Source of the DNA: Ancylonema sp.
Taxonomy: Eukaryota
Reading direction: 5' to 3'
Assembly (NCBI GenBank): GCA_050230475.1
Contig: JBFLGF010000068.1
Location: 53,750-73,749 of the forward strand
DNA: 20,000 nt
Part shown: piece after piece, positions 1 to 11,089 of the stretch
Layout: each line of letters begins with the position of its first letter
Position numbering within the stretch: the stretch's first letter is position 1
The notes under the pieces: model-generated
What the model was told of the DNA's origin: nothing
The model's database searches: none
What the model saw: only the letters and a program-made list of their open reading frames with translations
Made by a program: the position numbers and the translations under genes

Positions 1-2
1 TG

Positions 3-1834
3 TCTGACCCAACGTCTGTCAGAGTTCGAGAACTGAAGCCCGAAGACGCAGGAAAGTCCCCGAGAGTTGTTGAAGGCACTCCTTCAGAAAGTTTAGCGCC
101 TGAAGTGTCAGCAGGTACATCGCAGAGAACTTCTGCTAACAATTGCTGCAAAGGGGGCTCGGGTAGTCGGAAGAGAGCCAACGAAGATGGAAATCCGGCC
201 GTAGAGCACAAAGGAATTGCGAGTTGTGGTCCAGTAAATAGTGGAGCAGTCTCGCCTCTGGTTAAACGGGTGAAGCACGAGTTTCCTCTGAGTAAGGTCT
301 TGGTGGAGGAGGAGGAAGTGAGTGTTGACGAGGAGAAAGCCTCGGAGGACGCAGGGGACGACGACAGCAGCTTGAGGGACGCAGGGGGTGGGTTGATAGC
401 TTTGCAGACGGGAAGCAGGGGCGATGGTAGGAGCAGAATAGAGGAGAAGATTCAAGAAGCTGTCATAGGATTGAAGGAGCACCAGGGGGATGTCGTGCGA
501 GAAGCAGAGGGTGAGGTGGCTGTTGCTGCACGACAAGCAGATGAGGACCAGGATGCTGCACAGAAGTCGCGAAATCGAGTCAATCAGGTATGGAATGGTT
601 TTTAATCCAGCTTGAAGTTTGAACTAAATCATTCATATATACTGCGAATGCAATTTTATCTGAGTAACTTCATGGTAAATGCACACAGCAGATATAGGCC
701 AATGAGGATAACCGGAAATAGACGCTTCTCTTGAAGTCACTTCCTGGCTCGAATCCGAGGGCCTTCTAGATGGTTGGTTTAGGATCCAAAACTCTAGGGT
801 AATACTGAGGCGGCCTCAATGGGAATGCCCTCATTGTCACCATTTGAGGTTGTCAAGAGCACGATAAGTGACTGTCTGTTGTACTGCTGCAGGCTGACGT
901 GGCAGTGAAGCGTGCAGAAGATGCCGCCAAGATGGCGCGGAAAGCGCGGAGAAAGCTGGATGAGGCTGCGAGGGAGGCTGAGGAAAGGTAATCAGATATC
1001 ACCCAGAGTGGAAACCCTCGACCCTGTATCATTAATTTATCACTGTTCTTGGGAGGTCATAACCAGGGCAGAATCCGAATGCAAGGTATCAGCTCTCTCC
1101 CCAAATAGTAGCCAACTTTTCTGCGATAGATAAGGAGTGTTCAGTGTGGCAGAATATATTGCGCAGTCATCAAGTCCACTCATCCTTGTAGGCTCATGCT
1201 CGTCCACCTCATCCTTGTGTGGTGCTGACTGCTGGCAGTCTTTACATCCTTTGGGTGGCCACCTGTCCCTGAACCCCGATTCTCGTTAATGCAGGGCAAG
1301 TATGTCGGTGGCAGCTTCCAAAGAGGCCACAGAGCGGCTGGGAGAAGTTGTGGATCTGCAGCGAAGAGAGAAGGAGGCCATGCTAGGAAGGCTGGTCGTT
1401 CAAACGAATCTCATGATGGGGGCACTCAAGGAGCTGCAGGTTGGAAGCTGGTTGAGGATTGGGGCTGGGAAGGGGTGGGGTTGGGGGACCTGGGTTTCGT
1501 AAACTCAATTGTTACTTGCGTTGTAGATTTGTCTGCTAATGAACAGATGTCACAGGAATGTGATTATGTGAGTTTAGGCTGTCATTTTAACACTCATACA
1601 TTAGCTAGGTGAGTTTGTTGGCTTATTGGTTGGTTAATCGGGTTGATGAGTTGGTTGGTTCAGGTGGTGGCTGGACATTTGGCGGAGTCAAATCCGGAGG
1701 AGTTTGTGACTCCGGATGATGGTCTGGCCGAGATGGAGCAACAAGTGAAGAAAATCAATTCCATATGGTTGCGCTATTCCATGGAAAGGAGGAAGTTGAC
1801 GGAAGTGATTGCGTCCTTGAAACATAGGGAATAA
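3..1834 (+). CDS. 5'-truncated spliced gene, unknown protein with low-complexity/acidic region and C-terminal coiled coil; exons <3..587, 893..987, 1295..1439, 1664..1834
   Basis: The frame is open from base 3. GT..AG introns 588-892, 988-1294 and 1440-1663 join phase-consistently (0, 2, 0), giving ...RNRVNQ|ADVAVKRAEDAAKMARKARRKLDEAAREAEE-R-ASMSVAASKEATERL...LKELQ|VVAGHL...SLKHRE*. The A/E/K/R-rich composition suggests coiled coil. No family recognised. Confidence 0.75.
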
Positions 1835-2747
1835 GAGCCTATGATATTGTTAGTTTATACTTACCAATGATTGAAGTAACGATTGTACATATGCCTACGT
1901 CAAATGTGTTTTTTTAAAGCCCTGCTGGTAACCTATATATTGTTTAGATGTTGAGGCACTCAATTTGTTCATTCAAGTGCATGAGGTGCGAGCTTTATGT
2001 ATGTAGTCCACGGTTGTGTTATGACCCATCCCGGAAAGTCTCAAAAAACATATGGTGGGAGGTAAAGCCACATTCAATGAATGGGAAAAACGTTTATCAA
2101 CTTATAGAAACGATGAGCTCGACCCCTACATATTGTTGTTTCACGCGTTCGATGTGTAAATACAGAGTATCTGTCAAACCGCTTGGTGTCTTGGCTGTGG
2201 ACTTTGTGACCGGACTAGGGATGCAGTCCCTCGTTTGAAATGAAGAAGCATACACCGTTGATGTCGGATGCCGAATGCTTCCCCTGTGACGGGGAACGCA
2301 ACCGGGTCAGGGGGTACACCAACCGCATTGGTTGGTATACGGGGGTTGGCTGGCAATAGGGTACTCGAGAAAGGGTTCGGCATCCAACATTAGACACGGG
2401 GAAAGAACGGCGAATAACGGGGGCGTAAGGGTGGGATCATGATATATTTGTTGCGTAATTTGGGTGTACCAAAACATACAATAATATGGGGTGTAAAGCT
2501 TGTCATACTCTTCTACACATCGCACCAACTTAGGCTATTTGTTGTGTTGCCAAGATTGACATTGAGTCATTGCGTCATTGAGTCATTCGTGGCGTAAGTA
2601 GCCTTTGTTGCATTTTTATGAATGTGGAATCCATTCGTCACGTACTGTGCAGTCTTGTTATAGTGACAATTTTACAGACTCTGACACTTAACCTTGGGGT
2701 TAAATGTTACTATTTCGAATGCTAGGGTTGTCACTGTACACTTTATA

Positions 2748-4050
2748 CAGTATAACCTGTCTAAAGGAATACTGTCTAAAGGAATAACCCATAGTTGCAC
2801 GGACCGGCAACATTGGATTTTCGGACCGCGGTCGGACCGGGTCCCGAGTCGGGACCCGGTCGGACCGGGGAACTTTTAGGGTTTTTTCGCCAGACAAATT
2901 TTCTGCGGGGAAAAAGGACGTGCGGCTTTTTTTTTTTTGTGTACCTCACACGTGTTTTATACATGTGTCATTTGTGACTTGCGAAGTTGTAGCGAAATTA
3001 AAAAACTAAATAATGTAAAATAGCATGTTCATATCCAACCGTCCATTGATTGAGATGGTGAAATTCAAAAGTGACAAAATGGCTGAAATTTTGGTGTAAG
3101 TTGGTACTTGGAAGTGTGTTATTCGAAGTGAGGAAAGATTTTTGGGGAGTGACAAGTGAGGAGTGGGAGGCGGGAAGAAGGGGGTAATTTAAGGTGATGT
3201 AGACAGTGAAGAGTGTTATGGATGTAAAAATAGAACAAAAATTGTGAGTGTAGAAGTCGTAACGTTTTTCATTTCGTTTTCTATAAGTATGGAGTTGTAG
3301 GCAAGGATAGGTTTTGCGACGGTAAGTAAAGTTTGGATAGGGAAGTTACCCATTTATTGATGTCGAATAGGAAATTGAGAAGTGAGGAATGTATTTGAAA
3401 GGTGGAGAGAGGTTTGAATAGAAGGTTGTGAGCGTGGAAAAAAAATTCGGGATGATGTTTGATATATGTGTTTCTAATTTTATTTAATTCCATGATACGG
3501 TGACCCTTCATCACATTTTTTTGAGCCTCACATGAGCATCATTTCAGAATAACATTGTAACCTATGGAACATGAAAAAAAAAATGGAGTACTTGTAACCA
3601 TTCCAAATGTCTAAGAGCATTTTCCCAAGTGATACATCTCGAAAGTGGTGAAAAACGCTATCTACAATGATGCATTGCACGTTTTGATTACTCATTCGAT
3701 AGGTCTAATATTTTTTTGTCATTTTTCTAAGACGTGAAATGTAAGTTTGTTCGCAAAAAAAATACTTCCGGAGTTTTTTCTCCACGGAAAACACCTTAAA
3801 ACTCCTAAAAACCGATATTACCCTAAACAACCGGTCCGGATTTTTGACCTAAAAGGACGGACCTCGGTCCGGAGTCGGGACCTCGTGACCCCGGTCCGCC
3901 GGTCCGTTATGGAATAACCTTTCTAAAGGTGTAGAAATATCCGGTCCCAAAACCGGATTAGCTAGGAACCCTCCCTGTCTAAATGAATGACCTGTCTAAA
4001 GGAATATATTTTCCCGGTCCCGACAGTATTCCTTTAGACAGGTTCTACTG
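2748..4050. mobile_element. Tc1/mariner (pogo/Tigger-like) MITE, 173 bp once its nested element is removed
   Basis: 29-bp TIR cagtataacctgtctaaaggaatactgtc vs revcomp cagtagaacctgtctaaaggaatactgtc (28/29). TA at 2746-2747 and 4051-4052. Internal repeats of ctgtctaaaggaata. Confidence 0.9.
2790..3911. mobile_element. CATAG-ended non-autonomous element with 8-bp TSD (P-element-like; hAT is the alternative), 1122 bp
   Basis: Perfect TSD gaataacc (2782-2789, 3912-3919). TIR cata(gttgc)acggaccggc / revcomp cataacggaccggc. ggaccg/cggtcc subterminal repeats at both ends. Removing it restores the host MITE end, which then matches copy 4828..5426. Confidence 0.85.
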
Positions 4051-4827
4051 TAGTGACATTTGATAGGGCGGAAACAAGCATATGTTATTAAGACTTGTTA
4101 AGATTGATTATGTGTCATTGCGCCATATTATATGTGTTTTTGTGGCACAAATTGCATTGGTTGCATGTACTGCAAATATTGCATGGGTCATTGTTGTGCC
4201 ATTGCAATTGGCCAACGTCACCACGATAAAACGCTCACATAAAAGAAATACCCAAACTATATGGAGTCGGTTTATCCGCGTACATTTTGACTCCATGTAC
4301 TCTACATTCAAAGAAGTTTGCGTCCTCGATACCCGATAACGTCCTCGAAACCACGATACCACGCAACAAAAATTCCATAATTTTGTATTACGGGATTCTC
4401 GTAAAATCCCTCTTAATTTTCACTCCCTTAAAATATGATTCAATGATCGATAATTCGTACTTTGATTGTCTCACGTAATTTCTTGCAGCCACTTGTAATA
4501 ATTTGTTCCCGCGTACATTGTGAGTACAAAATTTGCCACTTGAGCTTCTCAAGTTCAAGTGTGGCACGTCCATATTTGTAAAAAAACTTACACAACACTC
4601 AAAGATTTGACGACATCGATCCACGTATCCAAACCTCGTCATAACCTCAAACATCAAATCTCTTCGCGAGGTCTCCCATACAACGTTTCTTATACTCGGT
4701 ACAGAAAATATTCGCTGTAGGAAAAAAAATCCCCGACAAGTTTAGGTTTCTTATACCGGGGCTTGAGTGTACAACAAAGTACGAGTTGTGGCGATGATTC
4801 TACATGACCATGGTCGTCGATACACTA

Positions 4828-5426
4828 CAATAAAACCTGTATGAAGGACTACTCTCGGGACCGGGATGTCATATTCCTTTCTGCAATTTATTCACTCATA
4901 CATTTTCGGCTCTAAATGTCCTAAAACCCGTTCCTATGTGCCTACGACAGGAAACAAGCCAGTATCGAGCTTAGAATCCGTTCAAACGTGTTTTACATCT
5001 TCCATATAGGTTGCACGACAATATTTGGTATTGTAGCCAGCTCCATCAACCTGGGAGATAGAGATCCATTAACGTAATTTTCTGACGTTGATTTGGGCGT
5101 GGCGGGCGCTCATACTTCCCGTATAAACTGTTGACCGGTCGCAATTTTGTCGTGTGACGACTGCACTTGCAACTTCCCACAATCTAGGAGACAAGTATAA
5201 CCGTACGGACATGTAAAAACCTGTGTAAATCTGTACGAATTTGTACAAATGTGTACGGATTCCGTACATTATTCCTTTACACGTTCGCGTGCCGGGGAAA
5301 AATATTTATTTAGAGAGTTCTGCACGTTTTAGAATTATTACACTCGCCCAACGTCGGGACCGGGATTTTTTATTCCTTTATAGAGGTTATTCCTTTAGAC
5401 AGTATTCCTTCAGACAGGTTTTACTG
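4828..5426. mobile_element. Tc1/mariner (pogo-like) MITE, 599 bp, inverted relative to 2748..4050
   Basis: TIR caataaaacctgtatgaaggactactctc vs revcomp cagtaaaacctgtctgaaggaatactgtc (25/29). TA on both flanks. Internal tgtacggaatccgtac segment (reverse strand) has close matches in 11090..11599 and 11753..12324. Confidence 0.8.
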
Positions 5427-6578
5427 TACATCCAACAACTTGAAATGAAGCTGAGATAAACCTTGTCCGGACGAAAACTTGGCCCAAAATAAGCGATCTC
5501 ACCTCATGCCCCCCGATTAGTCCCCCGTTTCCTTCGTTGCCCCCCGTGTCCCCCCTATTCCCCACCGTTTTCCCCGTCGTTCCCCCGTGTACCCCGTAGT
5601 CCGCCGACTAGTCCCCCGCGTCTTCCTTTCGGTCCTCCTTTTTCCGCATCCGCCGAATCCCCCGTTTTCCTAACGGCGGTTGCATCCCTCGCGGTCCCCC
5701 GTCATTTGAGGTCGAGGGGGACGGCGGATCCCCCGCAAGCATCCGGCGGAAGGGGGAACGCATCCCTAGACCGGGCTGATGGACATGGTAAACTACGAGA
5801 CAACTCGTCTACACACAGTTAGTGGCTTGTGCTAGGCTTGGGCTTGTAACCAATATATGCTTCCCATCCTCAATGAGTGGTATATATGTACAATGGCATT
5901 TCGCAATACGTGTGACGTATGTCAATAAACAATACGTTGAGTGCATAAAGCGCAACAGCATGCATATGCTTAATCGACGAATAGTGCTTGGGGCGTGTTA
6001 ATACGCCAAAATAAGCTTCAAAATACGTTATGCGAACATTTTTTTGGTATGATAGTGTGGGTGCGAGAAACGTGACGTACGTCGGAGATTTTGCGGCGTC
6101 CGTACTATTGAAAAGTGAAAAAAAAAAGTGGCACTTGCGTTTGTTTGTCTTGCTTCCGTCCATATTTTCGAACAATCGTTTTGGCGATCGGAATTTTCAC
6201 GATCGACCTCATTCTTGACGTTTTCTATGGCATTGAGTGTCGTTGCAGTCGTCATCGTTTCATAGTGCCGTCCAAATTGAGATACAATCTTCGATTCGGC
6301 ACCAATAATATTCCAAAAGTAATACCATAACTTTTTATGCTTTCGCTAATGATCCTCGTCCAACCGTCCAAGTTTTCGCCCGAAGATGTTCGCAAATTTG
6401 GCGGGAACAAGAGATGGTGTTGCACGATAGCTACGACTTTAAGATCGCTTCTTCATCCCGATGAAGTAGCGTGTGTCAAAAGAAAAATAAATGGAGAGGC
6501 TTTGATTATGTATTGTCTTACTTTGGCAAGGGATGCATGAAACTCGAGAAGTAGTTGTGTGGTATTTACGTTCTAATT

Positions 6579-6864
6579 CACAGTCGGTACCGATCTATCC
6601 TGATTCCCGATCCGAACCGGCGCCGGATCGGAACCGATCCCAATAGGCGCGGGATGAGAAATACCAATATCGGATCGGGCCAAAAAGGACAAAAAAAAAT
6701 ATATAGAAAAAAACACTTGAACGCCACGATGGGTGCATTTAAAACCTTTTTTCCCATCAGTTTTCACCTCATGTTCGGCGCCTCGATCTGGATCGGCGCC
6801 GGATCGCACCAGATCCCGATCTGCGAGAATCGGAAATTCCCCGAGCGGATCGGGACCAAGCATA
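6579..6864. mobile_element. Degenerate GATC-repeat MITE (P-like/CATAG group), inverted homologue of 14499..14755
   Basis: Imperfect TIR cacagtcggtaccgatc / revcomp tatgcttggtcccgatc. Both ends are rich in ccgatc/gatcgg. The left ~100 bp aligns with the reverse complement of ~14650-14755. TSD only 5/8 (ttctaatt/tcataaat). Confidence 0.6.
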
Positions 6865-7070
6865 TCATAAATTTGAGGACGTAATCGAGTGAGAGGACTT
6901 GGAATATTGTTGGGAACGTCATCCGTGCACATGCACTAAGTAAAGTTGGACGAGGATGCATGTAACAATCGTTGAGCATTTTAAAAAATAAAAATGCATG
7001 CAATATCGGATTTCGCACTTCAATTTGCTCGACGTACGAAATTAAATCTGGTATGGACGGAATCGGTCTA

Positions 7071-7855
7071 CGGTGCAGTCTTTATATAGTGACACACTCT
7101 ACTGTGACAATCTCGATATAATGACATTTTGTTTGCCCTTTTTCTAATCCTATATGAAAACCTACTATATGTAGTGACAATCGTTGTAGTGACATACGTT
7201 GTAGTGACCAAAAAATCATAAATTTTAATATTACGATGTCGGTATACGGTGAAGCCTATCTAACTTGATAATTTGAAAATGAGAAACTTATCTGATCCAA
7301 TAGACAATTTCTCGCCCGAAGTCGGTTTTCACCCAAAGTCTGACGTGTAAATTGATAACCACTTAAATTTCTTCTCTCCTATAGTTCCATTATTAGTCAT
7401 GTAGACAGATTCTACTATAGCGGGAGGATATTTAACAAACGCCGTTTACATGAGCCACTTCCCTTGGAAATACCGACGTGGATTTCATTTTCTCTCGATA
7501 TAGTGACATTTGCCTACTGTCGCCCTATCAAATGTCACTATCATAGTTTTGTCCCGGACGCGAGGATCCCGGACGCGTCCGGAACGCAACTATGATGCAA
7601 AATATAAGGAAAAGGTTTTAATTATGGAGTTGCACAAACCCGGGGGTTCCAAATATATGGATATCAGATTTTGGTTGTGGCGTCCGGGTCCGGGACGCGC
7701 CCGGGACGCGTCCGGTGATCTCCGAACGGTCCGGGACGCAACTATACTCACTATAGAGTGTATAGTGAGTCACTATTAGTGACAGCCCTAGCATTCGATA
7801 TAGTGACATTAAATTCTCATGTCTATAAAATTGTCATTGTATCAAGACTGCACTG
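7071..7855. mobile_element. Tc1/mariner-type MITE, 'tagtgaca' family, copy 2 (785 bp including nested element)
   Basis: TIR cggtgcagtctttatatagtgaca vs revcomp cagtgcagtcttgatacaatgaca (20/24). TA at 7069-7070 and 7856-7857. Many internal tagtgaca/tgtcacta repeats. Confidence 0.8.
7542..7746. mobile_element. CATAG-ended 205-bp MITE with 8-bp TSD (P-element-like), nested in 7071..7855
   Basis: TIR catagttttgtcccggac / revcomp tatagttgcgtcccggac. TSD gtcactat (7534-7541) / ctcactat (7747-7754). ggacgc/gcgtcc subterminal repeats. The empty site matches the homologous sequence in copy 2645..4090. Confidence 0.8.
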
Positions 7856-8617
7856 TACCATGACCGGCCCCCCATTGCAAATGAATGACGTTGCACAGTT
7901 GCATGGAATTGATGAAATATGCTCTTCATGAATTTAAAATATTTTTAAATTTATGATACCAGAAGTACTATTGACGAAAATACTTTTCGTACTATCTACT
8001 CTCCTCAACGAATGACGCTTTTTAGTACAGTACTCGCCTCTCGTATACTTCATGGGCAAATGCCCTCACTGCAATTGCCAAAGTAATTAATGATGACCAC
8101 TCAATGGTACCATGGTAGTCTCGAAGTGTGGGGGCTAAAACCGTGAGAAATGTACACCGGGTATTGTGTCCGGGTATAGACAGCGTAGTGCGTATTGGGC
8201 GACCTCTCTCTATAAAAAATATTTACGATATCCTCAATCAGCATTTTATGCTAACAATTAAACAACAACAAAACCTATTCACTAACTTGTATCACACACT
8301 CCATTTAAATTAGTGCAATGCGGGACAACCTCGCATCACGAAATCGTTGTTAGAAAGTAGTAACCTCATCCGAGTACCCACGACCCACAAACGTAAAAAC
8401 GTTCACAACTCTAGCACCATTTTTGTAACCTTGTGTCACTCATTGAGTCCCCATCTATCACTTCGAGAGCATTGACGAAAAATAACAATTGTCCTTCCTA
8501 AAAAAATGTTGTATACAATCTAGAAATGACGCAAAATATTCCAAGTAAGCTTGTTCTAGCGTCTCCACAACAACCCGCTCAAATCAGCATTGGAGCCCCC
8601 TATATCACATTGAGCAT

Positions 8618-10507
8618 TTACAAAATGCGTCTTGCTTCATCGATAGGCGATGAAGTACGTTTTATAAGATAAAATAACAAATCGTTATCCTTCCCGTCCG
8701 TACAGAGATCCAACGTATCCCCCCCCGGAATCACCTTCATCGTCCTCTTGCTTGACCCATTGGTACTGGATTCGGTAAACTCGAAAAAAACCGTCTCTCT
8801 CCGGGCTACTTGGAGCACTGCCACCCTTACTCCCCTGACACTAATGGCTACCACCTCCGGCATGTCCAACAATATTTTCTTCATTACAACGTTGTTTAGA
8901 CTCAAAGTCACTATATGATCATGCGAGAGCACTACTTCCCCCTTGATCATGCTAACATTTGAAATGGACAGGACCCTCAAATTTGGTAACGTACACATAA
9001 TTGTTGGCAAACGAAACATGTCCTTATACCCAACAATTAGCAAATTTCTAATTTTCGGGCACTCTGCTTGCACTGAAGGAAGCTCTCCATGCGTCTTCCC
9101 TTTACCCTCACAACTCATGACCAACCTCATCAAGTTAGAGCACGAGAGGCGCACTGATGCATATTCGGCTACTAAATCTAGTTCTTCTAGCATCTCATGA
9201 TGCACCTCTATAGAATCTACTACAACATTCTCAACACCCGTAGGCAACTTACTGCTCAATACCACCAATTTCTTGAGCATCGGGCATGAGGTGTGGAGAT
9301 TCTCCAAACATTTCGTGTCAACAAACTTTCCCGTAAGGCTCAAACCCACCAAGGAGGGGCATGCAATCTTGGGACAACGGAGCCCCGCTAGGTCTGTTAT
9401 TTTGAGCGACCTCAGTTGTTGATGCCACAAAGTCTCATTCGGGCCGAATAAAAGAGCGCCCTCAAGGACAAAGCTCTCTAAATGGGGGAACCGATTTTGG
9501 AAATCAGCGCGGAAACCATCGCAAAGTTTTAAACTGAGTTCTCGAAGGGAACCGAAATGAACGACACAACTTGGAAGGATCCCCAAATCGAAAGTACCAT
9601 CGAGACTCCTCACACCTGGGGCGCGGGAAACCATCGCCTCTAGCACCACCGGGGTAGTATGGAGACGTGAAAGGTGGAGGTTTGTGAGCCGCGGGTTGTT
9701 GAAGGAGGGGGTGTGTTTGGCTAATATTGGTAACACCGAGTTATCATCACGGCCACGAGTGACGAGGTGAGTGAGACTTGGACACTCGACTACGAAAGGC
9801 CGGTCAGTTGTGTGCAAAACTTTGAGAGTTTTCAGATTTCCATGGCGAATGTGAATGGAGCCTCTCCCCATACAGTTTCCCACAACCACTAGCGACTCGA
9901 GATCGGGGCATTTGGTGAGAAGACGAGGAAGGAGGGCGGGGTGGACTCTCTGGCCTGGGAGCTCTATGCGCCTCAGATTCGGTCCCACTACCCCCACCAC
10001 CCACTCTATGTGCTTCGGACTCTGGTCCGCAAATCCACGAAGTCTGACCTCCTCTGCACCTGCTACCACCCTACGAATCATCTCATTTCCCTTCTCTGCC
10101 GCCCTCCTTCGCGTGTCCTCGTCCCCCATTTCCCACTGCGAGACAACTTCCGTCGTCCTCCACAGCTCATTCGCTTCCCTCACGACCTCCTCCCAGTGCC
10201 TACTCACTAGCATCACCTCAAAGAGATCTTTTTGGGGCAGATGCTTGAAGACCTCTACGAGAAAGTCTGCACCAAGATTTCCCAACTCCCTCCCCTCTCC
10301 CTCCAGCCCACTTCCAATCTCCAGATGTACCCCAATCCCTTGTGACCCCGCCCCCACCAGACCATCTCCCGACCTAACCACCCCACCCCCGGCTTCTAAA
10401 CCCACTCCCTGATGCACCCCCTCTGATCGGCTCCCGACATCCGTCACCCCTCCATCTTTCACGAACTCAGCCTTGCCTTGGCGGTTCCGCTTCTTTTGCC
10501 CTTCCAT
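8618..10507 (-). CDS. F-box/leucine-rich-repeat protein (putative SCF substrate receptor), 629 aa, intronless
   Basis: Uninterrupted 629-aa ORF. F-box motif LGNLGADFLVEVFKHLPQKDLFEVMLVSRHWEEVVREANELW follows a G-rich N-terminus. Cys-containing LRR-type repeats follow (CPDLESL, CPSLTHL, NPRLTNL, FPHLESF, CPSLVGL, CPMLKKL, CSNLMRL, CPKIRNL, LPNLRVL). Confidence 0.9.
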   Translation of the reverse strand: MEGQKKRNRQGKAEFVKDGGVTDVGSRSEGVHQGVGLEAGGGVVRSGDGLVGAGSQGIGVHLEIGSGLEGEGRELGNLGADFLVEVFKHLPQKDLFEVMLVSRHWEEVVREANELWRTTEVVSQWEMGDEDTRRRAAEKGNEMIRRVVAGAEEVRLRGFADQSPKHIEWVVGVVGPNLRRIELPGQRVHPALLPRLLTKCPDLESLVVVGNCMGRGSIHIRHGNLKTLKVLHTTDRPFVVECPSLTHLVTRGRDDNSVLPILAKHTPSFNNPRLTNLHLSRLHTTPVVLEAMVSRAPGVRSLDGTFDLGILPSCVVHFGSLRELSLKLCDGFRADFQNRFPHLESFVLEGALLFGPNETLWHQQLRSLKITDLAGLRCPKIACPSLVGLSLTGKFVDTKCLENLHTSCPMLKKLVVLSSKLPTGVENVVVDSIEVHHEMLEELDLVAEYASVRLSCSNLMRLVMSCEGKGKTHGELPSVQAECPKIRNLLIVGYKDMFRLPTIMCTLPNLRVLSISNVSMIKGEVVLSHDHIVTLSLNNVVMKKILLDMPEVVAISVRGVRVAVLQVARRETVFFEFTESSTNGSSKRTMKVIPGGDTLDLCTDGKDNDLLFYLIKRTSSPIDEARRIL

Positions 10508-11089
10508 ATCCTAGATGCGGTTGTTCCTAATTTCTGCCAATTACGGAGCTGTAGTTGTCCGCCCGTCACGCTCCGTGGTGCCTGCGGGCGAATACTACGC
10601 GCGGTGAAACGTGAAAAACGAACGAAAAATTTCGCGGAGGGATTTACAACAATATCTGTCTCAATTAATAACCGTTTAGAGATCACTATCGTGATCGCGC
10701 GGCAGGGACCAAGTTTATCCCGTTCGCGTTAGACGTACGGTGCGCTTTCCGATGCAAGCAATCGGTTATTGGTGGATTGTGCTCACCGTGCGGCGCAACT
10801 GAATGGGTGATCGGGGCAAAATATTAGTTTGTTAGTTACATGGTTTCGGCGTAGAGTTTCTGTTGCTTTACAACGTTCTCTAGCACATGCAATCCATGCT
10901 AGGACATTGCTATTGGAAGAGGGTATGGCACTGTTACCCCCCCTCCCTCCGCGGGTGTTATTGTCGTCAGTAGAGTTAAGGATTGTTGCTCGGTTGTTTT
11001 AGGGTTGGGGTTGTTTTCCTTCTTCTGTTCCGTTAGGTCGGTACAATAACGTTGGTGTTGTACTCAGAAGGGGTTCCCATCGTGCTTTA

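Larger units (their letters stand above)
2645..4090. mobile_element. Tc1/mariner-type MITE, 'tagtgaca' family, copy 1 (interrupted; second TIR not recognisable, right end approximate)
   Basis: TA|ctgtgcagtcttgttatagtgacaattttac aligns with the reverse complement of the right end of 7071..7855. Homology resumes after the nested element (tagtgacatttgatagggcg from 4051) and fades by ~4090. Confidence 0.6.
2216..5768. mobile_element. Non-autonomous hAT-superfamily element (3553 bp including nested insertions)
   Basis: Termini TAGGGATGCagTCCC / revcomp TAGGGATGCgtTCCC (Ac-like TAGGGATG start). 8-bp TSD gaccggac (2208-2215) / gaccgggc (5769-5776), 7/8 identical. G/C-run-rich subterminal regions at 2216-2430 and 5500-5768. 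No transposase seen. Confidence 0.75.

Noticed and set aside
2748..2789. Repeated ctgtctaaaggaata, tagtgaca and ccgatc motifs as CRISPR repeats or iterons
   Set aside because: No regular spacers or cas genes, the context is eukaryotic, and the motifs are MITE terminal/subterminal repeats.
5870..6540. Short ORFs between MITEs
   Set aside because: At most 101 aa, mutually overlapping, with no recognisable domain or convincing splice model.
2645..7855. One 5.2-kb element bounded by the inverted tagtgaca-family ends
   Set aside because: 7855 pairs with its own TIR at 7071, and the span would cross the hAT right end at 5768. These are two oppositely oriented copies.
8943..10732. Antisense and overlapping ORFs in and around the F-box gene
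   Set aside because: Shadow frames of a GC-rich CDS with no recognisable motifs.
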